Source: Octopus sinensis
Lineage: Eukaryota
NCBI RefSeq assembly: GCF_006345805.1
Contig: NW_021834282.1
Location: 1-57,639 of the forward strand
DNA length: 57,639 nucleotides
Reading direction: 5' to 3'
Of the stretch, positions 12,621-25,646 are shown piece after piece (within the stretch, counting starts at the first letter, position 1; every line of letters starts with the position of its first letter). Under the pieces are notes generated by a model that had not been told where the DNA came from, did not search any database, and was given only the letters and a program-made list of their open reading frames with translations. The translations under genes were made by a program, and so were the position numbers.

Positions 12621-13789
12621 ACTCACACACACACATACACACACACACAAACACACACACAAACACACACATATATATGTCTGTTTCTGTTTAATGTTTC
12701 GGGCACACGCTCCTTTGCGGAAAGGATAGATTGGAAGAAAAAGTTAATAGCGCGGAAAGAAGAAACATGTCTCAGTTACACCGTCAACAACCTGCAGAAA
12801 TGCCCGGATGAAGAAAACGTTTGGTTGAGACGAGGTTGACAAGGGCAACAACAGCGTCCTAGCATATGCACGTGTCTGAGCAATGAACTCTCTGACCGTG
12901 AAGCTAATGTGTGCACGTGCACGGGCATGTGAACTGATCAGGGCGCGTGCGGTAACGTATGCGCGTGTATGTGTGTGTGCATGTGTGTATGTGCGTGTGT
13001 GTGCATGTCTATGAAGCAATGTGTACATGTATACTCTTGTGCTTATGTGTGTGTGTATCCGTATGTATGGTGTGTGTATATGTGTGAAGCTATCAGACGT
13101 ATGTGTGTATGTTATGTGTGTGTAGGTTCAAGCGTGCATGCGTGTATGTAGGTAATGTGTACATGTATACTGCGTGCGTTTAACATGTGAATGTGTGTGT
13201 ATACGTGCGTGATCTTATTTTCTGTTTACGTGTGTATGAGGTTTTCAGAAGTATGTGTGTATGATGCTATTGCGTGTGTGTGTGTGTTGTGTGTTTATGA
13301 GTGTGTCTATGCTTGTGTGCGAGTGTGTGTGCCTTTGTTTTCATTTGATGTGTGTGTATGAGGCGATTGGACAAAATGTGTGTGTATGAAGCCAATATAT
13401 GCGTCTATATTCCATGTGTTTGTGTGTGCATACGCGTGTATAGAGGCATGTATGTGTGTGTGAGGCTATCTAGCATATGGGTGTTATAGAAAGATGCTGT
13501 GTCGTACAGGATAGAGGGTTGCATGGAAATGAGGTGAGGAAAGTGGTAGGTGTTGGTAAGTGTGGGGTGAACGTATTGGTGCTTGTGTGTGTGTGTGTGT
13601 GTGAATGTGTGCGTGTACGTGTGAGGGGAGAAGGTGTGTGATTGCGCGTGTGCATATGCTGCTTGAATGGAAAAAGGGTGCGTGGTGCAGGGTTATAAGT
13701 TAAAGCATGTGTGTATAGTGGTAGACGTCGAGGCAGTCGTAGGAAGGTAAGAGGTGTGTGATGTGTGTAAATGTATGTGAAGGAGGAAC

Positions 13790-14130
13790 TAAAGCGAAGT
13801 GGGTGGAGAATTTAAATCGTGAGGTACTGAATTTCTGCTCCAGACGGAGGTAGAAGTCCGGGTGGCCTTTGAGCAAGGTTGGTCCGAACATAGACAGATG
13901 CTGCAAGGAATGACCAGTCGGAGGTGGGGAAATGATACGAGACCGGGGTGTAATTGTCAAATCTGATGTCTCGAAGGTGATCGACAAAACGGTCCAGTTT
14001 GGGAACCGACCAGTTTGTCCAATATACAGGGAGCGGCAAAGAGAGCAGATGATGAAGTAAATGAAATTACTAAAAGTTCAAGGGAATGAGTCGGTTATGT
14101 GGTTGGGTCAGCTGTGAATACTGGTAGTCT
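13790..14130 (-). pseudogene. Penelope-like element, GIY-YIG endonuclease remnant
   Basis: Manual translation: NFIYFIICSLCRSLYIGQTGR (frameshift) DRFVDHLRDIRFDNYTPVSYHF (frameshift) GHSLQHLSMFG...RLEQKF. Confidence 0.8.
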
Positions 14131-15189
14131 CTTGATTTTTTTGAGGATGCGCTGTAACTTCGTCGAAAAAATTTGTTTTGTTTTTCTACATTAGTTACCT
14201 GCTTCTGTACTGGGGCTACGGCGGACAACTTCGCTCGTAAATAAAACTTAATACATATAGTTAAAATCCCTTTGTTGTAAACATCCATTCTAATCTTTGC
14301 TGAAGGATTGCAATTTTTTAAAACTATTTATATATATTTTAAACAAATCCTCCCAAATAATACCCAAACAAACAGCTAAATGCTTGATTGATCTATTCTG
14401 GATTTTGTTCAGTATTTTAATATTCCAGTTCTATACGTTCCGATATGTTTGATAAAATCAGTAGAGTTTCAAAATAAAATCTAAAAGAAAATTACCTTTG
14501 AATTATTCTGAAGATATAAGCTGAAAGTAGTATTCAGTTCATAGAGATCTTCGCAATAAGAATATAATGATTTAGAGGAAAAAACTAAGAATAATATACT
14601 TATTTTGGTTCTCATTCTTCTTTTTGCCCAAAAGGAGTGTCAGTTCATTACAATAGTTGTATCCTGGACGTTTTAGGAAATAGTTACAAGGAAAAAAAGT
14701 AGTTTAATTCATATACACAACAAAGCTTTCGTTCTCGTTAGAGCAAAAACTATCATCATCGTTCTGTAAAAGAAGTAGACTACGCATCCGGAATATACTG
14801 AACAAAGGAATATTAATCACGGTGTGAGGCAGTTATATTTACGCGAGAAAATGCTTACAGCCATATTAAAATGAAAGCAAGTAATTTATGTACAAAAATG
14901 TAGCAAAATTTCACCGCCGGGTTAAACCCTAATTTGTAAGATGGGAGTTTCAAATACGGTTGAGCTGTCATGCTTTTGAGAAGAAAGAACGGAAAGTATA
15001 TTCTGCATAATTTTATTCAGTCTAGATGATCTAATTTCTATTTCTATAGCTACACATGAAGTGCAAATAATCTCTTTCTTCCACTGAACACTGCACGCAA
15101 ATTATCTAATCTCGGTAACTACAGAAATATAATTATCTGGTATTAGATTTCTTCAGTGAAATTGTATGTGTATGCAATTGCCTTTCTCA

Positions 15190-15481
15190 TACACACATAC
15201 ATACATACATACATACATACATACATACATACTACATACATACATACATACATACATACATGCAAACATATATACATACATACATATATACATACATACA
15301 TATATACATGCATACATACATACATGAATGCCTACATAAATACGTACGTACATACATGCATGCCTACATACATATATCCATGCCTAAATACATATATGCA
15401 TGCCTACATACATATATGCATGCTTACATACATACATACATACATACTACATACATACATACATACATACATACATACATG

Positions 15482-15512
<31 letters not shown>
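15190..15512. repeat. (CATA)n imperfect microsatellite
   Basis: Direct reading. Confidence 0.9.
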
Positions 15513-16246
15513 CGACAAATTCACACACAAACACATATTTCAAAGTTAATCCACTGTGAGCTCCACCCTTATTTGGTCAGTTAACGACTGTCTGCTCTGG
15601 ATTCGTGACCCACCCAGTTAAGGGCGAAACTCAGATTAGACTATCAACTTTGACATTATTAAATTGATAATAAAAAAAAAATTCGGCGAAAACGACCACA
15701 GCATCCTAAAAACAGTATCACGTTCCGTTGGGCCAAGCACAAGGCGTACACAGATTCAGAAACAGCTGCAGTATCGATAACCTCACAGGCTGCCAAACCC
15801 TGTACTGAGATGTGCTTGACCACCAAGAGCTGCAGAGGAGAAACAACTGTTCCATCATGATCCATTTTTGAGTCCATTTTTGATGTGGTTACCGCTACAT
15901 CTGACGGCCGTCCAGTAACAGATTGAATGGTGAAGACTGTAACACGCTCAGATTGTCACGCAGCATCCCAAAGGATACATCAAAAGATGCCGAAGCGTGA
16001 AGTATGATTCTTTGCTAGAAAGAGATATGGCATACCAGAAAATCGATCTGTGGGTTGCACCTCGTCGTTCAGTGGACCCCCCTGAATGCTATGGTACGAC
16101 AGGGTAAGAGTTGATTTGGGGGCTACACAAAAGCAATATAAAGTTATTCGGGGTACACAATGCTAAAGTAGACAATGAAACAAGATGTGTATCTGGAATA
16201 GCCTTTAGTGCAGATAAATAATGGATGTATATAGACACACACGTGT

Positions 16247-16500
16247 AGGTCCGTGGTCTTGTGGTTATAGCGTCGCTCTCACGATTGGTGGATCGTGGGT
16301 TCGACTCCCAGACCGAACGGTGCGCTGTGTTCTTGAGCAAAACGCTTCATTCCACGTTGCTTCAGTTTACTCTGCTGGAAATGAATGACTAACCCGGCTT
16401 TGGACTGGCATAACCCGTTGAGGGTGAAGGGTATGATATCGGTCACTTATACGCCAAAGAAACCGGGTAACCAGCCCTATGAATTCAAGGGCTCGCGACA
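16247..16500 (+). mobile_element. Diverged tRNA-SINE (CORE-like centre, D-type tail)
   Basis: A/B boxes (gtggttatagc, ggttcgactccc), gtgttcttgagcaaaac centre, tail tatacgccaaagaaaccggg. Confidence 0.7.
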
Positions 16501-17563
16501 AAAATCTCTAGGGTATTGACGATGATAAACTCCTACACACACGCGCGCACATAGAGCATATGTGTGTGTGTGTTGTGTGTGTGAAAATTTTATACGAAAG
16601 TTTCTTAATTAGCTAAAGTTTCGCTCGCAAACAAAGAAGTAAAAACCTAACGAAAAAGGGAAGATAATATCGACACATCAAGAAGAAATTCAAGGTTGAC
16701 TGAACATGTGAGAGAGAAATGCTGACGGAGCAAAAAATGAAGTCAAAAACATTTAACCAAGATTGTGTTGGCCTTTTTCTGAAACATCTTAATTCAATTG
16801 TGAAATTGTCTTCCTTGAATTGTCTTCCCTTCTCATTCAAAGAACCAAAAATCGTTGCTTAAATGTTCTTTACCTTCTTTGATATTGAGTTAAATCTGAA
16901 TAAACACTGTGTACGGCATTCCATGTAGACCCTCCAACCAAATTTATGCGACTGGTAGATTCGAGTTATTTCCTTTTGGCTCATTTTGGTTACATACAGA
17001 TATACTTTTAGGTATATGCGGTTAATGCACACACATGCATGCATAGACGCAAACACACACACACTCTCTCTCTCTCTCTCTCAACACACACACACATACA
17101 CACACACACACACACACACTCGCACACAAAGTCTTCTTCATAACTTGTCCTCTCCCCACATCCTCTTTTATTACTTAACCAATAAAGAAGCCGTCTACCA
17201 TAGACATATTTTCTTTTCTGAATTTTCTTCAAATCTGAGAGTGAGCGAGAGAAAGAAAGAATGAAAGAAAGAGAGAGAGAGGGAGAGAGAGAGAGAGAGG
17301 GGAGAGAGAGAGAGAGAGAAAGAGAAAGAAAGAGAGACAATGGGAGGGAAGGAGAGGGAAATAAGAAATGTATAACAACAGCGACAGCAATTCAAAGTTA
17401 AACATTACTATAATAATACTTTTAATATTGAATACCCATTACTTCACTTGTTTTGCTCGCGTATTATTATGGATATATTTTCAATACATTTAAGAATTTA
17501 CTGCTTCATACAAAGCAGAGAGACTTAATACAACACTTACACATACACACACACACACACACA

Positions 17564-17609
17564 TTATATATATATATATATTATATATATATATATATAT
17601 GTAATATAT

Positions 17610-17659
<50 letters not shown>

Positions 17660-17678
17660 TTGTATTCTTCTAATATAT

Positions 17679-17721
<43 letters not shown>

Positions 17722-17885
17722 GTATGTATAGTATATATATATATATATATGTATATATATGTATATATACATATACATACATAAGTATATATTATATATA
17801 TTATAATGTATATACATATATATACATACATATACATATATACATATATATAAAATAATATATGTATATACATATATACGTGCAT

Positions 17886-17916
<31 letters not shown>

Positions 17917-18042
17917 CATATATACATATATATATGTTATATATCATATACATACATATATGATATATAAATAAACAAATATATATATATATATGCATAC
18001 ATGCACAAACACATATACGTATATACATGCATACATACCTAA

Positions 18043-18099
<57 letters not shown>

Positions 18100-18101
18100 G
18101 A

Positions 18102-18143
<42 letters not shown>

Positions 18144-18160
18144 CATATATATATATATGC
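17564..18160. repeat. Long imperfect (TA)n/(TACA)n tract
   Basis: Direct reading. Confidence 0.95.
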
Positions 18161-18632
18161 AAATGAAATACAGTGCACACTGAACGCTTATATGTGACAT
18201 TGGTAAAGGTCATTTATAATCATCTATATACATTAATATAGATGTATAAATACAACTTACACATTTATAGGGAGGTTTGGTAAAGAAAAACAAGGTGTGT
18301 GTATGTGTGTGTGTGCGTGGGAAACAGCGAATAGCTGTAGGTCTGCTAGATCAGATAAAAAAAAATAAAAGGACGGTTAGACACAACCCAAGTTGATGGC
18401 AATAGCAGCAAAGAGGCGGGTCTTCGGTTTTGCGGCTTATGGCAAAAACAGAATGACACGCCTGGCTAGTGAAGTAACTCGAAACACATACATGCATGTG
18501 TGTGTGTGCGTATACATACATATACATATATATATTAATATATATATACACACACACATATTTATATATATATACACACACACATATATATATGTATACA
18601 CACACACACACGCACACACACGCACACCACAC

Positions 18633-18696
<64 letters not shown>

Positions 18697-18724
18697 ACAT
18701 ACACACATATTGTATAAAGTTAGA

Positions 18725-19230
18725 CAATGGCGACTAATGAACATCAAGGTCAATAAACCCCGAAAAGAACCATCATACCACCTAAGTCCAGCACGTGCTT
18801 CCTAAGGCTACTCACTTTGACGACAGAACTACTGCAGCGATACAACACGCAGTCCGCAGGGAAGGACTCGACATACAGATAGTGCCCACTCCCTTCAGCT
18901 CTTACCTGAAAAAAGCTTTGTCCAAGACAACACCTCTCACTACTCCGAGGAGTGCACATTACCGAACTGCCCCAAGATTGACCCTGAATTTTGCCAGAGG
19001 ACCTATGTTGTATACGAGATCATCTGTAGCAAATGTGGCGCATCCTACATGGAAAGCACAACAAGATGACTGCATATACGCATTAAGGAACACATGTAGG
19101 CAGAAACTTCCGCGAAAAAAGATCTACGGAAATGCCAGACCCGGGAATTCACAGTGCACATCAAGGAAACACAGCGGAACAGAAGCAATGTCAGAATCTC
19201 TGAGCCCATGCTCATGTAACATCCTTCGGT
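18725..19230 (+). pseudogene. Penelope-like element fragment (RT C-terminus plus GIY-YIG endonuclease)
   Basis: RTTAAIQHAVRREGLDIQIV..LKKALSK, then in another frame CPKIDPEFCQRTYVVYEIICSKCGASYMESTTR*LHIRIKEH. Confidence 0.8.
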
Positions 19231-19718
19231 CATGAATGACCATAGAATTGCACCTAGAAAGTTACCCTAGAAAGTCCGGGCAAGGTTGTTTGTGGAAGGC
19301 CAGCAGTCGCCAATGCATACCAGCCTCCCCTCTCCACGCCACCGATGTTATCCAAGGGAAAAGCAAAGGCTGATACAGCTTGGCACCATTGACGTCGCAG
19401 CTCATTTATTAACGTGCAAGTGTCTCAGCACTCTATAGACACGTGTACCCCTTAACGTAGTTCTCGAGGAGATTCAGTGTGACACAGAGTGTGACAAGGC
19501 TGGCCCTTTGAAATACAGGTACAACAGAAACAGGAAGAAAGAGTGAGAGAAAGTTGTGGTGAAAGAGTACAGCAGGGTTCAGCACCACCCCCTGCCGGAG
19601 CCTCGTGGAGCTTTAGGTGTTTTCGCTCAATAAACACTCACAATACCCGGTCTGGGAATCGAAACTGCGATCCTACAACCGCGAGTCCGCTGCCCTAACC
19701 ACTGGGCCATTGCACCAC
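19230..19718 (-). mobile_element. Chimeric SINE: family C head/body joined to family E tail
   Basis: 19410-19718 matches C (cf. 56951-57329); 19230-19408 is the reverse complement of the E tail at ~45085-45255. Confidence 0.8.
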
Positions 19719-20254
19719 CACAGGCCATGCTCATATACCAAAAGAAACCTAAGACCAATAAGAGAAGAGAGTTACAGGAAGCTACCTGGTTGCTATAGCA
19801 ACACCTTTCGGCGCATGTCTACTCCACACACGCTCACACATACGTACATCGGCAACATTTATTAATTTCTTAAAAACGAGGTTATGACCCCGAAATATTG
19901 AATACAAAGTAAGTATGCATTCATTAATATATTGTTTTTTTTTTGGAGATTTGCCTTGCATTTACTTTGCATAGTTCTGGCCTTACCCACAATCCTTTAT
20001 ACAATACATTCTACATAACGCTTCATAGTAATTATTCCATTATAATACATACATATATATATATACATATATACATGCATATATATATATATACATATAT
20101 ATATATACATATACATATGTATATATATATATACATACATATATATACATATATATATGCATACATATATATATATATACATATATATGTATACATACAT
20201 ATATACATACATACATACATACATATATGTATGCATGTATATTTAAAAAAAAAT

Positions 20255-20720
20255 TTGATTGCAGCCATGCTGGAGCACAGCCTTTCAGTCGAAGAAATGG
20301 ACCCCAAGACTTATTCTTTGCAAGCCTAGTACTTGTTCTATAGGTCATTTTGCCGAACTGCTATGTTACCGGGACATAAACGAACCAGCATCGGTTGTCA
20401 AGAGGTGGCAGCGGGACAAACACCGACACACACACACACACACACACATACACACATACACACACACACGCTCGTACACACACAGACTTACACTCGCTCA
20501 CACACACACTTATATATGTATATATCTGTATATATATATATATATATAACATATATATATATACGACGGGCTTCTTTCAGTTTCCGTGTAACAAATCCAC
20601 TCCCAACACTTTGGCTCGCCTGTGGCCATAGTAAAAGACACTTGCCCAAGGTACCACGCAGTGGGACCTAACACGAAACCATGTGGTTGGGAAGCAAGCT
20701 TCTTACCACATTCCCACACT
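20255..20720 (-). mobile_element. SINE family A, diverged
   Basis: Matches the A pattern with an expanded internal microsatellite. Confidence 0.85.
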
Positions 20721-20795
20721 GCGACTAATATATATATATATTATATAATATATATATTATATATACACATACATAAATATATATATATATTTATG

Positions 20796-20851
<56 letters not shown>

Positions 20852-20861
20852 CATAAATATA

Positions 20862-20920
<59 letters not shown>

Positions 20921-20988
20921 TATACATATATGTATATATATATATGTGTGTGTATGTGTAACCGAGGAGCAGGAGTGGCTGTGTGGTA

Positions 20989-21025
<37 letters not shown>

Positions 21026-21028
21026 TGT

Positions 21029-21328
21029 ATAAATTGAGAAATGGAGTTAAACGCTGGTCGTGTTCAAATCTTTACACTTCTGACATATGTTCCGAAGAAA
21101 ACATTGGTATTATTCTTAAGGGAATAAAATGGTGTAAAACAATGTAATCATCTTGTCTGTTTAAATGGTTTATTAAGGTGTTTTATGTTTCTTTTTTCCG
21201 CGACGAGATGATTACATTGTTCTACACCATTTTATTTCTTCGAGCTTAATACCAATGTTTTCTTCGAAATACGTCGGAAGTATAAAGATTTGAATAACAC
21301 CTGCGTTCAACTCCATTTCATAATTTAT
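21029..21328. mobile_element. Foldback/MITE-like long inverted repeat
   Basis: Arms 21029-21157 and 21202-21328 are imperfect reverse complements; 44-bp spacer. Confidence 0.8.
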
Positions 21329-21492
21329 CTATGTTATTCCAAAAGCATTTCACTAAACCTTGACTGAACTTCTACCTTTGTAAGTAGGCTGTAACATCCT
21401 TTGCACTTATGTGAATTTTTGCTACCCTCGTAACTATCTATTCATCTTTTCCGTGTTATTTGTACACATTGAAAAAATACACATACATTTAT

Positions 21493-21552
<60 letters not shown>

Positions 21553-21558
21553 CTTATA

Positions 21559-21948
21559 GGCGCAGGAGTGGCTGTGTGTAAGTAGTGCTTGCCACCCACC
21601 ACATGGTTCCGGGTTCAGTCCCACTGCGTGGCATCTTGGGCAAGTGTCTTCTGCTATAGCCCCGGGCCGACCAATGCCTTGTGAGTGGATTTGGTAGACG
21701 GAAACTGAAAGAAGCCTGTCGTATATATGTATATATATATGTATGTGTGTATATATGTTTGTGTGTCTGTGTTTGTCTCCATACAACCGATGCTGGTGTG
21801 TTTATGTCCCCGTCACTTAGCGGTTCGGCAAAAAGAGACCGATAGAATAAGTACTGGGCTTACAAAAGAATAAGTCCCGGGGTCGAGTTGCTCGACTAAA
21901 GGCGGTGCTCCAGCATGGCCGCAGTCAAATGACTGAAACAAGTAAAGA
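21559..21948 (+). mobile_element. SINE family A
   Basis: Full-length match to the other copies. Confidence 0.95.
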
Positions 21949-22026
21949 AAATATATATATATGTACTATGCTAGGGTATTGACCACTGGCACAAGAGCAC
22001 GAGGACGATCTCATCCTCATATTCGC

Positions 22027-22254
22027 GGCGAGCTGGCAGAATCGTTAGCAAGCCGGGTGAAATGCGTAGCCGTATTTCGTCTGCCGTTACGTTCTGAGTT
22101 CAAATTCCGCCGAGGTCGACTTTGCCTTTCATCCTTTCGGGGTCGATAAATTAAGTACCAGTCACGCACTGGGGTCGATGTAATCGACTTAATCCGTTTG
22201 TCTGTCCTTGTTTGTTCCCTCTGTGTTTAGCCCCCTGTGGGTAATAAAGAACCA
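22027..22254 (+). mobile_element. SINE family B, tail type 1, with 20-bp TSD
   Basis: gatctcatcctcatattcgc at 22007-22026 and 22255-22274. Confidence 0.95.
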
Positions 22255-23334
22255 GATCTCATCCTCATATTCGCTTCAAAGAGAGAGATGAAATCAATAG
22301 ATGCGGACGCAAGAGAGATATGAATCAATAGATCTGGATGCCCAGTGATGGGAGGAAGTCGTAAATAATCGCTCACGCTGGAGAGAAATACTTAGCAGTG
22401 GGACGGAGCGTGGGGAAGAGAAACTAGAACTTGCCACCAAAGAAAAGCTACTTCGAAGAAAGGAAAAGTGAGTATCGTCTGTTGAGAGCTTCTTCTAATG
22501 CTGTCGCTGTATTCGAGACTGCCACTTCTGTGTTGGCCTCTGCAGCCATAGCAGATGCTAGACCAACATCAGAAGTGCAGGAACATGTTTTGTCAGAACG
22601 ATGTTAAAGTTACTTTCTCTGGGAAGATGTCTCTTCCTTCAGGTTTACTTGCATCTCTCAATATGATACTGGGTACAAAATAGGGACAAAGTAATGTAGA
22701 TTATATATATATATTTAGAGAAGGGGATGGGGTAAAAAAGCAAGCTGACGTTGTGTGAGGGAGAGACAGAGATAAAGAAAGTAAGAGATTGCTAGATAGT
22801 GTGTGTGTGTATGTGTGTGTGAGAAAGAGAGAGAGAGAGAGAGAGGATACTCCTCAATGTCTCGCCCTAAGCCGGATATTAAGCTAGTATATCTGATATT
22901 AATTAATTATCAGTTAAACTTTCCAGCTTTGCTACGATTTTATTCGAAATGACAACGTTTCTAGAATCTCACACTTAACCAAAAGTCTAAGCCTTGTATA
23001 AAAAGACCCCATTTAGATTTGTATATCTTTGTCTTGGTCTTCTTTCTTGGAATCTTCTTTAGCGGTCAGTCGCAGTTGCTGGTGTCTGCTTTGAAGCTCT
23101 TCTCGAACCGCTGCTGACAAAAATCATAAGCGATCTTGTGTCTGTTATAAAATTTGCAGTTTAATGTTCCGTTGGTTTCATCTATTACGGAAAGTATGTT
23201 CTCTGAATCAGGACAGTCCTAATAAACCTATTATATTGTGTATCGATGAAGAATATTTTGGTATTACTTTCTTTAGACTCTTTGTTTCAAGTATTTTGCT
23301 GTGTATATTTTTCGCAAAAAAAAAGATCACCTTA

Positions 23335-23750
23335 CAGGAGTGGCTGTGTGGTAAGTAGGTTGCTAACCAACCACATAGTTCCGGGTTCAGTCCCACTGCG
23401 TGGCATCTTGGGCAAGTGTCTTCTGCTATAGCCCCGGGCCGACCAATGCCTTGTGAGTGGATTTGGTAGACGGAAACTGAAAGAAGCCTGTCGTATATAT
23501 GTATATATATATAAGTGTGTGTGTATATGTTTGTGTGTCCGTGTTTGTCCCCCTAGCATTGCTTGACAACCGATGTTTACGTGTTTACGTCCCCGTCACT
23601 TAGCGGTTCGGCAAAAGAGACCGATAGAATAAGTACTGGGCTTACAAAGAATAAGTCCCGGGGTCGATTTGCTCGACTAAAGGCGGTGCTCCAGCATGGC
23701 CGCAGTCAAATGACTGAAACAAGTAAAAGAGTAAAAGAGTAAAAGAGAGT
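23335..23750 (+). mobile_element. SINE family A
   Basis: Full-length match, (gagtaaaa)n tail. Confidence 0.95.
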
Positions 23751-25004
23751 TACTCTGGTAAGGCCTTGTCAGTTTTCTTTTGAGTTCCATAAAAGTTTCC
23801 CTAGCGCAGAACATGTACGTTTCGGAAATAACAACGTAAGACCAAGTGAATGCATAAACTACATTGGCTTAAAACTTTGTCGTTAGCTTCCGACGTTTTC
23901 TGGATAGATCGTTGTTATTTGTTGTGGGTTGCGAAATAATACAAGTCATAGTGTGGAATGTAATGATATAGACGAACGTTTAAAAAAATATACAAATAAC
24001 CAAGGCAAAGACAAAAAGAAAAAAAACCCCAGAAAGAACAAATGTACTTTAATTTTTGAATATATTGTAAACCTAATCTGTGTTAAGTCTGGTGCATTTT
24101 ACACTTGTTAATGTAAATTCGTAAATTAACTTTTGTTTTCTAGTTTTCTTGAATATTTTTAATCACATTTTTTAAAATTGGTAACTCATTTATTAGTATT
24201 TTTTTTTGCTTTGTTTCTGCACGCAATCCTATAAAATCTATTATTTATTTAATAAGTGATGGGGTCGGCGTGGTTGTTATTTATTTCATGGGCGAAATCT
24301 CTTATGGTTTTTGCCAAGAAGCTTGATAATGTATTCATTGCTAATTAGATTTGTTGTAATCCGTGTTACTGCAGTGCTTGAGGCTATATTACGGACAGAA
24401 TGCTATACATTTTATACTTTATTATATTTATAGAAACATTAATTTTCTGTATTTAAATACATTCTCATACTCTAGACTAACGTGGCGTTTTTATTATCTT
24501 TAAATGAGATATTAACACCGAGCAATTTAATTTTAATTTCTTTCTACTTCATTAGTGGATTCTTGTACAGAGTTGTTTACAAACTAATAATTTATTTAAA
24601 TGCTTAATCCCTTTAAATGCCACTTATAAGTTAAAACGTATCTACAATAAATATATTTAAAGTTAATGAGAGACGACTTGTAGTTTGTTATTTTATCGAC
24701 AACGAAGTGGGGAAAATGGCGGGGAACAGAACTTAGAAGTTGGAAACTAAATACCACTAGCTATTTTGTCTAACACTCTACTTTGTCTTCTGAATAAATT
24801 CATGAAAAATAATGACTGTGATAACTGCTTCTCTCAGAAACAGAAAACCATTCTTTTATTGACAGTAAGGCCCAACACAGTTTAGCACTAAGAATTAAAA
24901 ACAGTAACTAGCAAAGATACAAAGCGCAGAGCTGCACATTGGGAAAAAAAAACAACAAAACAAAAACAAAACGGAATATAAAACAAAACAAAATTGTACT
25001 GAAG

Positions 25005-25006
25005 AA

Positions 25007-25056
<50 letters not shown>

Positions 25057-25115
25057 AATATAATAATAATATAATGATAATAATAATAATATAATAATAA
25101 TAATAATAATAATAA
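25005..25115. repeat. (GAT)n(AAT)n compound microsatellite
   Basis: Direct reading. Confidence 0.95.
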
Positions 25116-25399
25116 GAATGACGAAAATTCACTGGAAAAAGGATATATGTATTTGTCTTGGGGACCCTTCCATCGAATACCGTGATTGTCGTTGCGCTGA
25201 GACGGGTCAATCCCCAAACTGCAGTTCGTGCGTATCACTTAGGTTTGATGAATGGAAGGATGACCTCCCTTTGCAATACCGAAGTGCACAGAAAGTGTGT
25301 CATAGCCAGCTGAAGAAGATGTTCTCGCTGGGTTACAAGCTACAGTAACATCCACCCTTAGTGGTTTATCCATATTTAGATGGCAAATATACTTCACTA

Positions 25400-25588
25400 A
25401 TAATCTTTTTCTATTAAAGGCACAAAGCTTGAAATTTTGGAGGAGGCGACTAGCCGATTACATCGAATCCAGTGTTTTCACTGGTACTTAATTTATCGAC
25501 CCCTAAAGGATGAAAGGCAAAGCCGACCTCGGCGGAATTCGAAAGCATTTTTCCCGGTGTGCTAACAATTCTCCCAGCTCGCCGCCTT
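25400..25588 (-). mobile_element. SINE family B, tail type 2, with internal deletion
   Basis: Shares core cgaccc..aggatgaaaggcaaag.cgacctcggcggaatt. Confidence 0.85.
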
Positions 25589-25621
<33 letters not shown>

Positions 25622-25646
25622 AATAATAATAATAATAATAAATAAT

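Noticed and set aside
7719-12694. Long ORFs of up to 552 aa (MYVC/HTYI repeats)
   Set aside because: Translations of (CATA)n, which lacks stops in several frames; open on both strands, with no domain content
15659-15877. 72-aa ORF in non-repetitive-looking sequence
   Set aside because: No frame on either strand gave a recognisable domain
22380-22620. Possible exon ending at AA|GTGAGT (~22468) and an Ala-rich antisense frame
   Set aside because: No acceptor, partner exons or recognisable peptide
25118-25348. 76-aa Cys-containing ORF
   Set aside because: Starts at a microsatellite edge; no recognisable domain or convincing splice sites
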